DNA of 64,000 nucleotides from Eledone cirrhosa (Eukaryota): NCBI GenBank assembly GCA_964016885.1, contig OZ024741.1, positions 92,752,001 to 92,816,000 of the forward strand, read 5' to 3'. Shown piece by piece: positions 29,340 to 41,917 of this stretch (position 1 is its first letter; each line of letters starts with the position of its first letter). The notes under the pieces were generated by a model. It saw only the letters and a program-made list of their open reading frames with translations, ran no database searches and was not told where the DNA came from. The position numbers and the translations under genes were made by a program.

Positions 29340-30090
29340 CGCTCGGAACTGGAACCAATGGAGGTTGTCCGTATGGTGCTAATAAGAATACGGAGGATCG
29401 ACCTGTTACAAAGCGATATAACCTTCCTATAGACAATCCTACATGTAAAGCTGCACCACCGCTATCCAACTATCCTTCTCACAGGCTCATGTTTGAAAGC
29501 TCTCTTAATCTGCCTGTACATCATGTATTTACACTGCTTGTGCTTTGATGTATTTATGCTTTGCTTTGTTTGTTTGTTTGTTTTTTGGTTTTTTGTTTGT
29601 CTTTTTATTGTTTTTTATTGTTTTTGATTATGCTGAGTAACACCTTCACTCATTCCTTGCTACTCTCTCCCAACCTCCTTATCATCTATTGCACCATGTA
29701 AGTAATAAATTTTGATGTAATTTTTTATGACATTTTTTATGACATTTTATGACATTATATGCGTCAAGTATTGTGTCTTTTTCTATATAGCGCTAGCCTG
29801 GGGACCCCCTTGCTGGTCCTTTAACCTTGTTCTGGTGACGCAGCTTGATGGAGCATGCAACTATTGATATACTCTTGTTTATAGGCTCTGCTTATTCCTG
29901 CCTTAGGGTACGGATGAAACACTGTTAGCTAATAAAACAATGTAGTTCTAAGCACTCTTTGGTTATTCCTAAACCTGTAACGGCTCTGTAGTATACCAGT
30001 GATCCTACATTGAGCTAAAACCACACTGTCATACCAAGAGCAATATATCTGCGTGTCTGGGCACATTGATATATTTGTCAACGAAACTAT
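29340..30090 (+). mobile_element. Decayed Penelope-like 3' end and UTR in intron 2
   Basis: DRPVTKRYNLP...HRLMFESSL resembles the GIY-YIG tail (PVA.HFN.P...R...E). A decayed hammerhead-like core lies at about 29842-29930. Confidence 0.4.
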
Positions 30091-30114
30091 ATATATATAT
30101 ATATATATTTATAC

Positions 30115-30175
<61 letters not shown>

Positions 30176-30634
30176 GAAAAGTATATGTTTATCTTTATTT
30201 AAATTTTAATTTTCTTTATCATAACAGAGGATTGGCAAAATCGCTAGAGCGTCTTGGACTGTGGTCATTATCATTAAAATACCCAAGGAATTCTTATGAG
30301 ATGCAACCTCATGGGAGATAGGTTAACCCTAGGTAAACATGAACCGCCACAACAACAACAACAGACTAAATGTCTTGATTTACTTAATTCGGTCCCTCAT
30401 TGTTCTGAGTTCGAATTTGTTGAAGGCAAGCTACTTTTACATTCCTCGCAGAGCGATGAAATAACTCGTAGATTTGTTCTAGGGTCGCATCAATCAATAA
30501 TAATCACTCCCTACTATTGTGGCAACTCTGTTTCAGTTTTATATTTTAAAAAAAATGCTATTGCGTTTATTATGATAATTATTTCTTATAAAAATTTATA
30601 AAAATTCTGTTTTCTATTCTTTTTCTATTTTCAG

Positions 30635-30735
30635 GCGGAAAAATCGAAATTCTTGAAAATGATTGTGACTATATACACTAAGTAGAAGGATAGTTAGGCA
30701 GAGTGCGCAATAAAAGCTCTTTGTTCATATATACA
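30635..30735 (+). other. Putative non-coding 3' UTR exon 3 of the peptide gene, with polyadenylation signal
   Basis: Strong acceptor TTTTCTATTCTTTTTCTATTTTCAG ends at 30634. AATAAA is at 30709-30714, followed by a T/GT-rich tract. It pairs with the GTAAGT donor 7 nt after the stop codon. Confidence 0.7.
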
Positions 30736-30763
30736 TTTTGTTATTGACTTATATTTACGAAGA

Positions 30764-30832
<69 letters not shown>

Positions 30833-31034
30833 ACCACTCCTTCTCTCTCTCTTTTTCTTTCTTTCTCTGATTGTGAGTGCTGTTTGGCTTTAGATCAGCC
30901 TTAGCCGACCCTTTTGATACCAAACTGCATGAAACCGGCTCGAGTTCAACGATGCAAAAACTTTATTTTAAAGTGTTTACATTTATCTAAAAAGCATCTT
31001 CCATCATAATTTTATGGAAGAGCCTTTGTTAAGG

Positions 31035-31660
31035 ACCGGACACCTCTACAGAATGGAGGATGATCGAATCCCGAAACAACTTTTGTATGGCGAGCTTTGT
31101 AAAGGTAAGAGACCACCTCACAAATCAAAGATCCGATTCAAAGATTGTGTAAAGGACTCATTATGTAAAGGACTCAAAAAACTGGTTTGATGGTGGCTGA
31201 CTGGGAGATAGAAGCTCTTGAAAGAGAAACTTGGCATGGAATTGTGAATGATGGGTCCATAATTTTGAGGACAGGCGCATAGAGCACGAGAAGATCAAAC
31301 GAGATGTGCGCAAGCAATGCCCTGGTGTGTCTCTCGAAACGATCGGTGTCTCCATTGAATTGGTGTGCCCTGGGTGTGGAAAGATTTGCTTGAGCAAATC
31401 TGGTCTCAGGAGCCACAGTCGCAGCCATGTTCAAAGAGAACCAGTGAACTATGATCTCCATGGTATTGTGAAGGTTCACAGGCAACCTGATGCAAGACCT
31501 GAGGCCAGAGAGATCCATAGTTATCGTCAATGTGCGAAGGAGTGCAAGTCTCTAGCAGGCTTGAAAAGCCATATCCGAGCGTCACACATCTGAAACCGAC
31601 AAGCGATTGCAATACTCTTAACAGAGGTTGCAGCCATTATGTATGTATGTACGTATGTAG
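31035..31660 (+). mobile_element. RTE LINE 3' end with C2H2 zinc fingers and (TATG)n tail
   Basis: RMEDDRIPKQLLYGEL..GKRPPHK and CPGCGKICLSKSGLRSHSRSH; ends GCAGCCATTATGTATG. Confidence 0.8.
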
Positions 31661-32024
31661 CTTTCATTAAAACATCTCTTTAGGAGAAGGTCACTCTGAT
31701 ATAAAACCTGCGACTTCGTTTGCATCTAATTATATAGACCAGTTCTTCTTTTGGTAAATGCATTCGAAATTCAGAGAGTGGGATTGGCCCCGTGCAAAGC
31801 CTTTCCTCACTTAAAAAAGCTTCAAGCTCAGGCATTGCTTAATATGTGACATTTTTTGCGATGCATGGTATTGCTGGCCATAGGCAAGTCCCTAGCAGGA
31901 CTAAAAAGCTACGTCCGTGATGCTCATGCTTAAGTATCAAGCGATGGCATTACTCGAAATGGAGTTGCAGCCATCATCATGTAGGTAGGTATGAATGTAT
32001 GTATGTACGTACGTGCATATGTAC

Positions 32025-32790
32025 GTGTGCTTACAGCCTTGCTGTGTGGATGTGAGACATGGACAGCATACTGCGGGCATATCCATCGATCAAATGTTCC
32101 CACCAACAATGCTTGTGTTCAATCCTCAAGATCTCATGGAGATCTCATACACCGGACACATGTGCAACAGCGAGCCTATCTGGCAAACATCGAGACCATG
32201 ACCTTTAAACAGCGTCTCCGGTGCTCAGGTTACATAGTACGCTTAGAGGACAGCAGACCTCAAAGATAAGTATTGTATGGAGAACACCTTCAGTGTAAGT
32301 CACTTTAAAGTGCAAGCGCTTTAAAGCCTAGCTGAAAGATACCCTGAACAAGGTTAATATCAACACCGAAACATGGTGAAGTCTTACAACAGACAGAGAG
32401 ACCAGTGGCGACATCTCATTGCTACTGGTGTTAAGGGATTTGAAAAGAAGATGAGAGCCTATGCTGAAGTGAAGCGAGCAACTAAATTTGTGGTAGTCTG
32501 CTCCCAAAACGGAATTCGAAAGAGGCTCTTACCTATGAGGAAATGCGTATGTGTATGTATGTCAAAGGCTGGGCTACTAAGCCATAGCAGACGTCATATT
32601 CATGGAAATAACAGCATTGAATACCCCACACACCTTGATTTTGCATGTGACATCTGTACCAAAGTGTGTCACTCTGTAGGTGGCGCAACACGGCATAATA
32701 AGGTATGCCACGCCAATCAGATTCAAGCAGGCAGGAAACTTACTTGCACACTGTATGATATGACATGTAAGTCACTTGCTACATGTATAT
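32025..32790 (+). mobile_element. RTE LINE 3' fragment (degenerate)
   Basis: LLCGCETW, QRLRCSGYIVRLEDSRP and CDICTKVCHSVGGATRH. Confidence 0.75.
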
Positions 32791-32791
32791 A

Positions 32792-32961
32792 CCGTATTCC
32801 CCGGCGCCGAAGACGCTTCGTCCTCGAGGACACCACCCTAATTTTGACAACCAAAAATTTGAAAAAAAATAATAAACAAGCTTCGGCCTCCAGGACGCAT
32901 GGTAGATTTTTTAGACTTATTTTAGGAAAAAAAGTAGCGTCTTCGACGCCGGGAAATACGG
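32792..32961. mobile_element. Tc1/mariner(pogo)-type MITE, 170 bp
   Basis: TIRs CCGTATTCCCCGGCGCCGAAGACGC / GCGTCTTCGACGCCGGGAAATACGG, flanked by TA on both sides. Confidence 0.85.
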
Positions 32962-32969
32962 TATATATG

Positions 32970-34675
32970 TATGTTCTGGTTTTATAATTTCACAAATCTT
33001 TACGAATAAGGAGAGAGCCAGATTCTAATATAGATACTAGACTGTCTCATTGGAATTTACACATCAACTAGGTAGATATGTGTGCATGTCTGCATGCATG
33101 CATGTGTTTGCAGGTATGGATGTTATTGTATGTGTGGATGTGGATGTTTTGAGTTGTATGTGTGCATGTGCATGTGTGTTTTATCTATACATGTGTACAT
33201 GAAGTTATTAGATGCAGAATTTTTGGAATGTTTTAAATATTTTTACTGTACCATTAATGGATTGTACTTGTAATTTCCTAACTAGTTATGTTCTTTCTGT
33301 TTCTGTGAAGCTCAGCTTCTCAAGATTTGTACTGAGACAGTTATACCTTTAGATTTATACCTGTTATTATTGGGGCATTGGGGATATGTTAATAACTGTC
33401 TCAGTACAAATCTTGAGAGTCCTCCTTCTCTGTTTTTAACTTTCGGATTGTAGCCCAAGAAGAAGACAGCTTCTCTGTGGCTCTGATAATAATGTCTGGG
33501 ACTTTAGCAAGTCGGAGGGCCCCTATCATCCAAGAGTGGGGAACAGAATCAAATTCTTTCCTGTAGTCCAGTCAAACTGTAGCCATATTCCTCCTAAGTT
33601 GTCGCACCTCCGACATCGCAGTTTAGTTAATTAGGAGTTGTTCAACACACCCCAAATACCTTTCTTTCCAGCTGATTGTTCATCTGTAATGGTGTTATTA
33701 TTTTCATAGTGATCTTGGAGAAATAGGTTCAGGAAAGCTGTATACATCTTATACATTAGGTCCTGGCATGCAATAGGTCGGTAGTTTTATGCCAAGTGGG
33801 TGCCTTTGATCTTGGGGACTAGTATTATTTGCGCTAATGTCAACCATTCTGGTATATGTGTATCTCCCTTGAGAGCTTGTTGGCAGAGGTCGGTAAGATA
33901 CCTCCGATAGAATATCAGTTTTTTGTACCAGCAGCCGACGTGTTTTCTTATCTTGGAGTTTTCCTATCACAGTCTCAAGGGTATCTTCATTTATTTCGTA
34001 TGTTTTTGTTGTAATGTAGGAGCAATAGTTATTTTCTTTTAGCCACACTGCATCTGGGTTGAAATTTTTCTTTTCACCCCATATTTTTCTCCACAAGGAA
34101 TCTATATCTTTCTGGGATGGGGCCTCAGTTACACTTATTATTTTGGCCTTCGTATCTCTATAGACTGATGTTTGGCTTCGTCTGAATCTTTTATTAATTA
34201 CTTTTATTTCATCTACCCTCTTCAGGTATCGACGTTTCTCGCTGGCAGCTTTCAATTCTTGTTTGAGGGTGATCAGCTTATATCGAAGAGTTCTGGTTCT
34301 ACTGTCACCAAACATCGTTTCTATTTTATTTTTTACTCTTTTTGTTGGTGAGGAGTATATTTTTTTTTGTTTTTGTTTGCAAGTAAGGAACATTGTCACA
34401 TATCCTATAGTATTTCGTAGGTCAGCAATCTATTTTCCTATTTTAGTCATATATTATGGTATTCTTTGTCACCAAGATAATGCTTCACTGTCGTTGCTAG
34501 GGCATATAAACAGGCGTTGATTTGCCAAAATGTGTGGGTTTTAATTCGTTGTAAATATTCATCCCCTATTTCGTCAATAGCACGTAAGATTTTATTATTT
34601 GGTTTTATCTTGTTTAGTATTTTTGTTTTATTACGTTCAGCAAGAGAATTGTTTATACATGAATTAATTTCTCTA
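32970..34675 (-). mobile_element. R4/Dong-like non-LTR fragments (RT N-part 33420-34675; RLE 3' end 32970-33420)
   Basis: NYRPIAC, QSAGKK, LDYRKEFDSVPHSW. The 3' end is homologous to 63050-63476 (VQSINGTVKIFKTFQK). Confidence 0.75.
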
Positions 34676-34724
34676 TGTACGTATGTATGTACGTATGTAT
34701 GTATGTTTGTATGTATGTATTATG

Positions 34725-35592
34725 TTATCTCTTTCTCTTAATTTCGAGTATATTTTTTTGACTGGCCACCTTCCTGGTGGCAAGGTTGTAAAAGAAAAGA
34801 AATTGTCATCTCTAGAATCGCAAGAATGTTTTGCAAATTTTGAAGGTGCCAGCTATCGCAGCCATTTGTAGACTATGAATTGGGGAGCTGCGCTTTTTGT
34901 CCGCAAATCCAAGTTCAGTCATACTTTGGTCTAAGCGGGTTGGTATATAACCCGTAGCTCCAATAATGATGGGTATGAAGCTAAAGGTGTATCTTGGATA
35001 CTGGATTTGTAAACTCCTCATCAATGGTCTGTAGATGTCCTCCTTCTCCTGTATTTTTCTGACAACGTTTACATCAACTGGGCAGCTGATCTCCACAACA
35101 GAACACGTTTTCAATGTGTGGTCCCAAACAACAATATCAGGCCGGTTGTGCTTTAATTTGGTGGCAGTTTTTATTTTCAGGTTCCACCAGTATTCCTTAG
35201 TGCCATCTGTCTCAATATATTCCTCCTCGTTTGTTGTTAATTTTGTTTTCCGAAGTGCGTTCCAGATGGTTCTAGCTATCCCATCGTGTCTCATGGGGAG
35301 GTAGTAGCGAGATGACATTCTTTCGCAGCTGGCAACAATGTGGCTTACATCCTCGATCTTTGTTTTACATAGCCTACATTTATTGTCAGCTGCTGTCCCT
35401 CCCCTTTTTTGCAGCAGATATTTGGTAGGGAGTTCTTGTTCCTGTATTGCATAGAGATATCCCTCAAGGTGTGATGTCATAAACTTGTCGGAACTCCATG
35501 CCAGGCTTTTTGAGTGGTTTATCCCCTCTATGGTCTGTGTTTTACGCCTCAAGTATCCATGCACAACTTTTTCTGTAAATTGGTCAATTTTT
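34725..35592 (-). mobile_element. 5'-truncated R4/Dong-like element (CCHC plus RLE), near-identical to 50735-51600
   Basis: ORF 34812-35564: CRLCKTKIEDVSHIVASC, RHD, HNRPDIVVWD, VVEISCP, KEDIY. (CATA)n on both sides. Confidence 0.9.
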
Positions 35593-36667
35593 TATGTATG
35601 TATGTATGTATGTATGTATGTATGTATGTATGTGCCTACGTACATATGTACGTATGTATGTGCCTACGTACGTATCTACGTTTGTATGTATATGTGTATG
35701 TATATTACGACTATCACAGTTATCAATATGGAAGCCTGAGAAATATATGTGTGTGTGCGCGCGCATTTGTGTCACAGAAAAGTACGAGAGTATTTTCAGA
35801 CAAGACACGTTTAAATACTATCCATGAAACCTTATATAAAATGGGGAAAATATGTAATTATAAAACATATATATGTCGTATTAGGCTTCTTGAAAGCCTC
35901 CATGGCAACAATTAGTGTTAGATAACATGAGGAAATTTTATATAAAAAAAGAGACGAATAAGAGTGAGAGACAAAGAGAAGGGAAGAGAGTGGGAGACAG
36001 AGAAAAGAAAACCGAAGACTCCTTTATTGAAATATAATAGAACATGTCGCGACTCATGTAGACACGTGACTTAGTGGTTAAAGGTGTTCGGTTCACAATC
36101 GTAAGGACATGTGTTCGATTCCCGGTAATGCGTTGTGTCCTTGAATAAAACATATTTCACGAATATCTAATTCATTCGTCTGGCAAAAATGAATTACACA
36201 GAATTGTACTTGTAATTTAAAGAGCCAGCTATGTACCACAAGACGTCACGCTGATTCTCCCTAAGAACTAGCGTATCTCTGAAATCCTCAGTTACTTGTA
36301 CGTTAAGTTCAGGAGCAGGCTGTGAAATCAATAATGCTTTGCGTTGTCTTTTCTGGCTTACTGCATACTCAGTTCAAATCCTATCGAGAACATTTTTTTA
36401 GCAGGTGGGGCTGATAACATAAATAATTCCAGTCTCGAACAGTAGTTTGCTGGGACTGTTAGAGTTCTATGCGTTCTGAATTCAAATCTCACTCTAGCCT
36501 ACTTGGGTTGTAGACATAATCCGTCGCTCGATTTTAGCATCACCATCGCTTGGTCCTTTCAAGCAGGACTCTGCTTTGAGGATACCTTTGCCCCTCCCTC
36601 CAACCAGTTTTGGAGGCCCTGAAAAGGGTCAAGCACACTACCCTTCTCTTCCTGGTTAAACAGGATC

Positions 36668-36704
<37 letters not shown>

Positions 36705-36823
36705 ACACATACGGTTGGTGCTTCAGGGTCAAACAACTATCAGACCTGTATTGACGCGTGTGTTCAATGCGTTATTTCTAATCATTCAATGTGTCATTCA
36801 TATATATAGTCATTATATTAAGA

Positions 36824-37002
36824 GTGGTGAATTGGCAGTATCGGTAGAGGGTCGGACAAGCTTTCCAGCGTAGTTACGTCCCTTTACGATCTGAGTTCGA
36901 ATCCTGCCGAGGTTAACTTTGCCTTTCATCCTTACGGGGTCGATAATATAAAGTACCAGTAATGTACTGCTAAATGCTGGCCTTGTGCCAAATGTAGAAA
37001 CA
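36824..37002 (+). mobile_element. Full-length tRNA-derived SINE with 12-bp TSD
   Basis: ATTATATTAAGA at 36812-36823 and 37003-37014; A and B boxes present. Confidence 0.85.
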
Positions 37003-37011
37003 ATTATATTA

Positions 37012-37140
37012 AGACTAAGTAGTGAGTCTTGTTATTCTGGAATTTCACCTTTTCATCACAGGGTCATCAGACATCTAATCTTATGACCCTGTGATAAACA
37101 GGCGAAATTCCAGAGTCACAAGGGTCACTTTTTAGCCTCA
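37012..37140. repeat. Imperfect palindrome of about 130 bp (hairpin MITE-like)
   Basis: TCTGGAATTTC.CC...ATCACAGGGTCAT is mirrored by ATGACCCTGTGAT...GG.GAAATTCCAGA. Confidence 0.75.
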
Positions 37141-37205
37141 ATAAAATGAATATTGAAACTCTACTTCGGTGTTGAGTATTCTTTTCTCTCAGCCGTCAAC
37201 AATAT

Positions 37206-37249
<44 letters not shown>

Positions 37250-37251
<2 letters not shown>

Positions 37252-38120
37252 CCATCGGTCATAAATAACACTCCATCTTTAACCGACACAAAGTTAAACT
37301 AGGATACTCCTGCGCTAAGAACATAAAGGCCCACATCACCAGCAGCCCTAGGAGCAACACCTCACCAGGGTGCTCTTGCCGTAAGCCCGAAGCTTGCCCC
37401 CTTCAACAGCAATGCAACACACCAGCTGTAATTTATGAGGCTGTGGTCACTTCCAACCGACCAAACGAACCACAGGAGGTCAAATTCCTATGTGGGCATG
37501 GCGGAGGGCCGATTTAAGGAAGGTTTCCTGAACCACCAGTCTACCTTCAGGTACTCGGACAGACGTTCATCCACGAAACTCGCGAGCCACGTATGGTCCC
37601 TCAAGGACTCAAGTATAGGCTACTCCATTCAATGGAAAGCCATCACTAAGTCCAAGCCATACGCAAGGGGAAATCCGACGTGTGGCTTATGTATTGACGA
37701 ACGGATAACTATTCTAAAGAGATTACGCATAGTGATTGCCTAAACACGAGAAATGAATTTTTCACACGTTGTCCACACGTCGCCAAACACCTATTGTATA
37801 ACTACAAGGTTCCGGACTGATTCCTTGTAATTTTATTTTCAACTAAGAACTTTTCGGACTTTTGCAGTTATCTCCCTTACACCTCCCGCACGCATTCTAA
37901 TATTGCCTGTGTGAAGTGACCGGGTTTCTGCGCATGCGCGTTTGTACGGTTGTCCTTCCTGTTCCTATAACCAAGCCCATTACGAGCTGAGGAACCGCTA
38001 AGGTGATACAGTTGTTCTCGGTATGGTGAACTAACTGTTGTGTAACCACTTCTACCTAACTCGTCCCATGGACTGAGTGCTTTACCACTACGGATATTAC
38101 CTTCCAGTGTTCTACCACTA
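37250..38120 (+). mobile_element. Penelope-like element 3' end (GIY-YIG plus 3' UTR/pLTR)
   Basis: GCSCRKPEACPLQQQC..PAVIYEAVV, SYVGMAEGRFKEGFLNHQSTF, CGLCIDER and NTRNEFFTRCPH. A hammerhead-like motif lies downstream. Confidence 0.85.
37977..38026 (+). ncRNA. Minimal type I hammerhead ribozyme motif (GAAA mutated to GATA)
   Basis: CCAT-TA-CGAG | CTGAGGA | ACC-GCTAA-GGT | GATA | C-AGTT-G TT | CTCG-GT-ATGG. Confidence 0.65.
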
Positions 38121-38189
38121 TATATATATATATCAGCAATGGTGTGTTCATGCATGGAGATGCTATAGCTTATAAAATAGTGTGAAAAC

Positions 38190-39180
38190 CCTTAGAGACG
38201 GAAGAAGAAATTACCATTGCCTAACTGATGAAGAGTGTGGTTTTCGTCCCGAATGCAGCACAGTTGACCAAATATTCACACTGCGGCAGGTATTTGAGAA
38301 ATTGTGGAAGTACTGCCAAGAGGTGTATTCTTGCTTTGTAGATCTCAAAAAGGCATATGACCGCCTTCCACGAGACCTGTTGTGGAAGGTTCTGCAGGAG
38401 TATGTGTTCAATGGTCAGCTTCTTATTGCCCTGATGTCTATTCGTGTTCGGATAAATGGGGCTAAATCAAAACCATTCAATGTGGGAATCGGACACCGCC
38501 AAAAGTGCGTACTGTCACCTCTCCTGTTTATTATTTTCATGAACAGGATTGACATGCGCAGTCTGGTTGGAAGTGGTATCACGACTGGCAAATGTAGAAT
38601 CAGTCGACTGGAATTTTCAGACGACAGTAGGTAATCTCCCATTTGTATTTGATAAGATTGATGCCGAGTGCTGCATGGCTGGAATGAAAATCAGTGCTGC
38701 AAAAACTGAGACACTCATCCTCTCAAAGAAGCCTGCGCGGGGCACTCTAAGTGTGAATGGAGTTCCACCCTGCGCAGGTGAAGTTCAAATATCTCGGGGC
38801 CGTATTCACGAGTTATGGAAGGTAGGGGACTGAATTGGGTGCAAGAACTGCATAATCTGGTGTTGTAATGTGCTAGCTTTAAGCATTCGGTAACCACAAG
38901 TAGATACGTGTAAAAGCCAAACTCGCTATTCGGTATTCGTGCCAACCCTTACTTATGGTCATGAATATTGGGTAATGATCAAAAGAATAGGATCGCGACT
39001 ACAAGCAGCCAAGTGGGATTCCTTCTAAGGATCTCTGGAGTAATGTTACTCGATAGAGTGCGTAGCTCGGAGATCAGAGAGTCACTCCAAGTCGAGCCGC
39101 TTCTTCTCCGAATTGAGAGATGACAGCTTCGATACTATGGGCATGTGGTTTGAATGTCTCAGGAAAGAATCTCAGCGATC
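38190..39180 (+). mobile_element. RTE-clade (Expander/Rex3-like) RT fragment, degenerate
   Basis: EECGFRPECSTVDQIFTL, FVDLKKAYD, GHRQKCVLSPLLF, LEFSDD, LTYGHEYW. Confidence 0.8.
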
Positions 39181-40560
39181 TCTTTCCTGAGACAAAAACT
39201 TTTGTTAAAAGAAACTGTGCAAATTTGGCGATGAAAGAAGTGCAAAAAAAGACTGTAAGGCATTCGACCTAAATATTTTCAAGATTTTGATGATAAAAAT
39301 ATCGAAAGAAAGGTAGACGAATTTGCTATCAAAGGAAACATTTACGCGCTACGCATTTGAACACCTAGTAACTAAAAGACTTTATGTTTGTACTTTACCA
39401 ACATCTGTGATATAGCCTAATTATATCTTTTTATAAAAATAAATGATAACACTTTTAGCATCGTTGGAAAGCTCTACAGACTTCAATCCCTTCATGGAAA
39501 AATAAGTGAATCAAACGTATGTAAAAGTATTGTCATGTTTCAGTAACTTCGTCAGTATTTGTATGGACGGTTCTCCGTCAATGTTCCGTAAAACAATTGT
39601 TACTACAACGTTGCTTATAAACTTTTTCGATCGCCCTCTACTAAAATATTAATGCATGGTCACCAAGAAACGTCGTGCGAAAAACGTTTAACCATTCAAT
39701 GTTTGTTGTGTTAACAGTTGTAAAATGCGTGAGTAAAATTAAAGCAAGATTATTAAACAGACAAGAATACAAATAATGCTGTGAAATGTTAGGTTTTACC
39801 ATCTTATTCTCTATTGTGAAGTGTATTAGCTTTCTAGAAGGCGGGTTCTGAATATATGCGTAAATTGAAAAATAAGGTTCGTAATTTTTTAAAAGAGAAA
39901 AATGAGCTGTAAAAGCATTTTATATAATAACAATTAGTTATTTGATTTAGCAATTTTAGTTGATGTAACCAACCATTATAATTATGTAAATTTGAAACTG
40001 CAATGCAAGAACACTTTTTTCCCTAGCTTAGAAAATGATTTCAATGCATTCAAGATGAAAATAATAATTGTTCGTCACTTAACTAGAATATGAGAAATTG
40101 AACCAGTTTTCACGCTTCAAAAAGCAGAGCTAAGGATAATAGCAATGTTGATAAATATATTAAAAAAATGAATTAAAGTTATTATAAGAGCCATTTGAAA
40201 GTCATTTTCGTGATTTTGTTGAAAAAATTGAATATTCGCATTTATAACATAATTTCACTAAATGAACATGCCTAGCAACATATTCATTATTAGAAGCAAA
40301 TTCATTATTGAAAACAAAATTTGATGAGCTTCTCTCAGTTTCAAATGTTGTTGAAATGTTTAATTTCTAGTGAACATTTGTCATTGAATATGTTCTCATA
40401 ATTAAGAAAATTTGCATTGAAAACATCTGTCGTTTCGGAACAACATCCAGATGTGAACAAGCATGAAACCCATGAACTGACGTCATGATTCACTTATTCA
40501 AATTTAAAGAATAATTTACTTTTGCCAGTAACTAAATTATTTCACACAATAGAATTTTGG
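39180..40560 (+). mobile_element. hAT (Buster/SPIN/Charlie-like) transposase remnant
   Basis: SICMDGSPSM, CMVTK / HQE, LFDLAILVDVTNH, NLKLQ and FGTTSRCEQ (hATC dimerisation-like). Heavily mutated. Confidence 0.65.
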
Positions 40561-41200
40561 CGAAATCAAAACAAATTCGAAAGCTTCATTAAAGTTAGTA
40601 ATGTTTACATTTATACATTAAATTATTATATTGTAGACGTAATGCTTAAGAAAAGGCGGCGAGTAGAATTGTTAGAACATCCGATAGAATGCTTCGTAAT
40701 ATTCGTTCCGGCATTCTGAACTTTGAGTTCAAATCCCGCCAAGGTCAACTTTGCTTTCAACTTTTCGGGATCGATAAATAACCTGCAAATCTAGTAGTTA
40801 CACCGATTCTTTATGTATATCTCTTTTTCACTTCTCTCTTACTCTGTTTCCTTCTCTGAAAGAAATTGACTCTGCTCAGATCTGGAGATGGATGGCCTCT
40901 GCCAGGTTTAAAATGCTCACAACACGCCGCATTTCGCGATGGCACCCCTACAACTACATCAGGAGTTACGGGTCCATACATAAGAAGTTCGTTCCGCAAT
41001 TATATGATCCCAGGTTTAATCCCGTGTTAGGCAAGTGTCATTTGTCATAGCCTCAGTTCGGAGAAAGATCAGCCACTTACACGTTTATTTTACGGTTAGG
41101 CCGTCCCGTTGTCCAAACAAATGAAACACTCATCGTCGTAACCCACGAAGATCCAGTTATTTTTTTTTATATATGAGTGTGTGTTTGTATGTATATATAT

Positions 41201-41231
<31 letters not shown>

Positions 41232-41636
41232 TTGTGTGTGTGTGTGTATATATGTATATATGTGTGTATGTCTATGTCTGAGTATATATGAGTGTGCATG
41301 TGTATGTATATATATATTTGTAGGCGTGTATGTATATACATTTATCTGTTTATGTTTATATAATACTCACACTTTATGTAATTTTATGTAGTCCTTTGTG
41401 TATGTATAATTGTAGGTATATGATACTTGATGTGCCCAAAACTAAACTGATTATATTTTCTCGTAGTAGATTTATAATCATAACAAAAATATCAGTGCAT
41501 GGGTACAATTTCAATATGGGTATCACGATTTATTCATTTTATTTATTTAAGTTATTTATACTTTATGTCCATTTTTTATTATTATTATTCTTTATCTGGG
41601 TGTGTACTTTATATCTTTCTCGTATGACTTCTTGAA

Positions 41637-41757
41637 CCATTGTTTCTGATGATGAATTTTGTCGCGGCTAATAATATGGAGTTACATAGCTATTATCGAT
41701 TAGTTAATATATAGATAATATCATAGTTCAACCTTTGAAACGACCGTAAAGCAATGG
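41637..41757 (+). ncRNA. Type I hammerhead-like motif with intact core and long stem II insert
   Basis: CCATTGTTT | CTGATGA | 84 nt | GAAA | C-GACC-G TA | AAGCAATGG; stem I is 9 bp with one G-U pair. Confidence 0.55.
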
Positions 41758-41917
41758 ATTAATTAAGCATTTTTTTTTCAAATTTTTTTAATTATGCAAC
41801 CTATATATGTATATATATATTCTGCTAATATTATAGGAATTCTTTCCGCTTGAAGCCTAGATGTTACCGGTTACGCATGCGCATTGATAAAAGAACAGGA
41901 GTACACCTCCTTTCTCA

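Noticed and set aside
29842-29930. Hammerhead-like remnant (AGCT-TGATGG...GAAACACTGTT-AGCT)
   Set aside because: The core CUGANGA is doubly mutated; kept only as weak support for a PLE origin.
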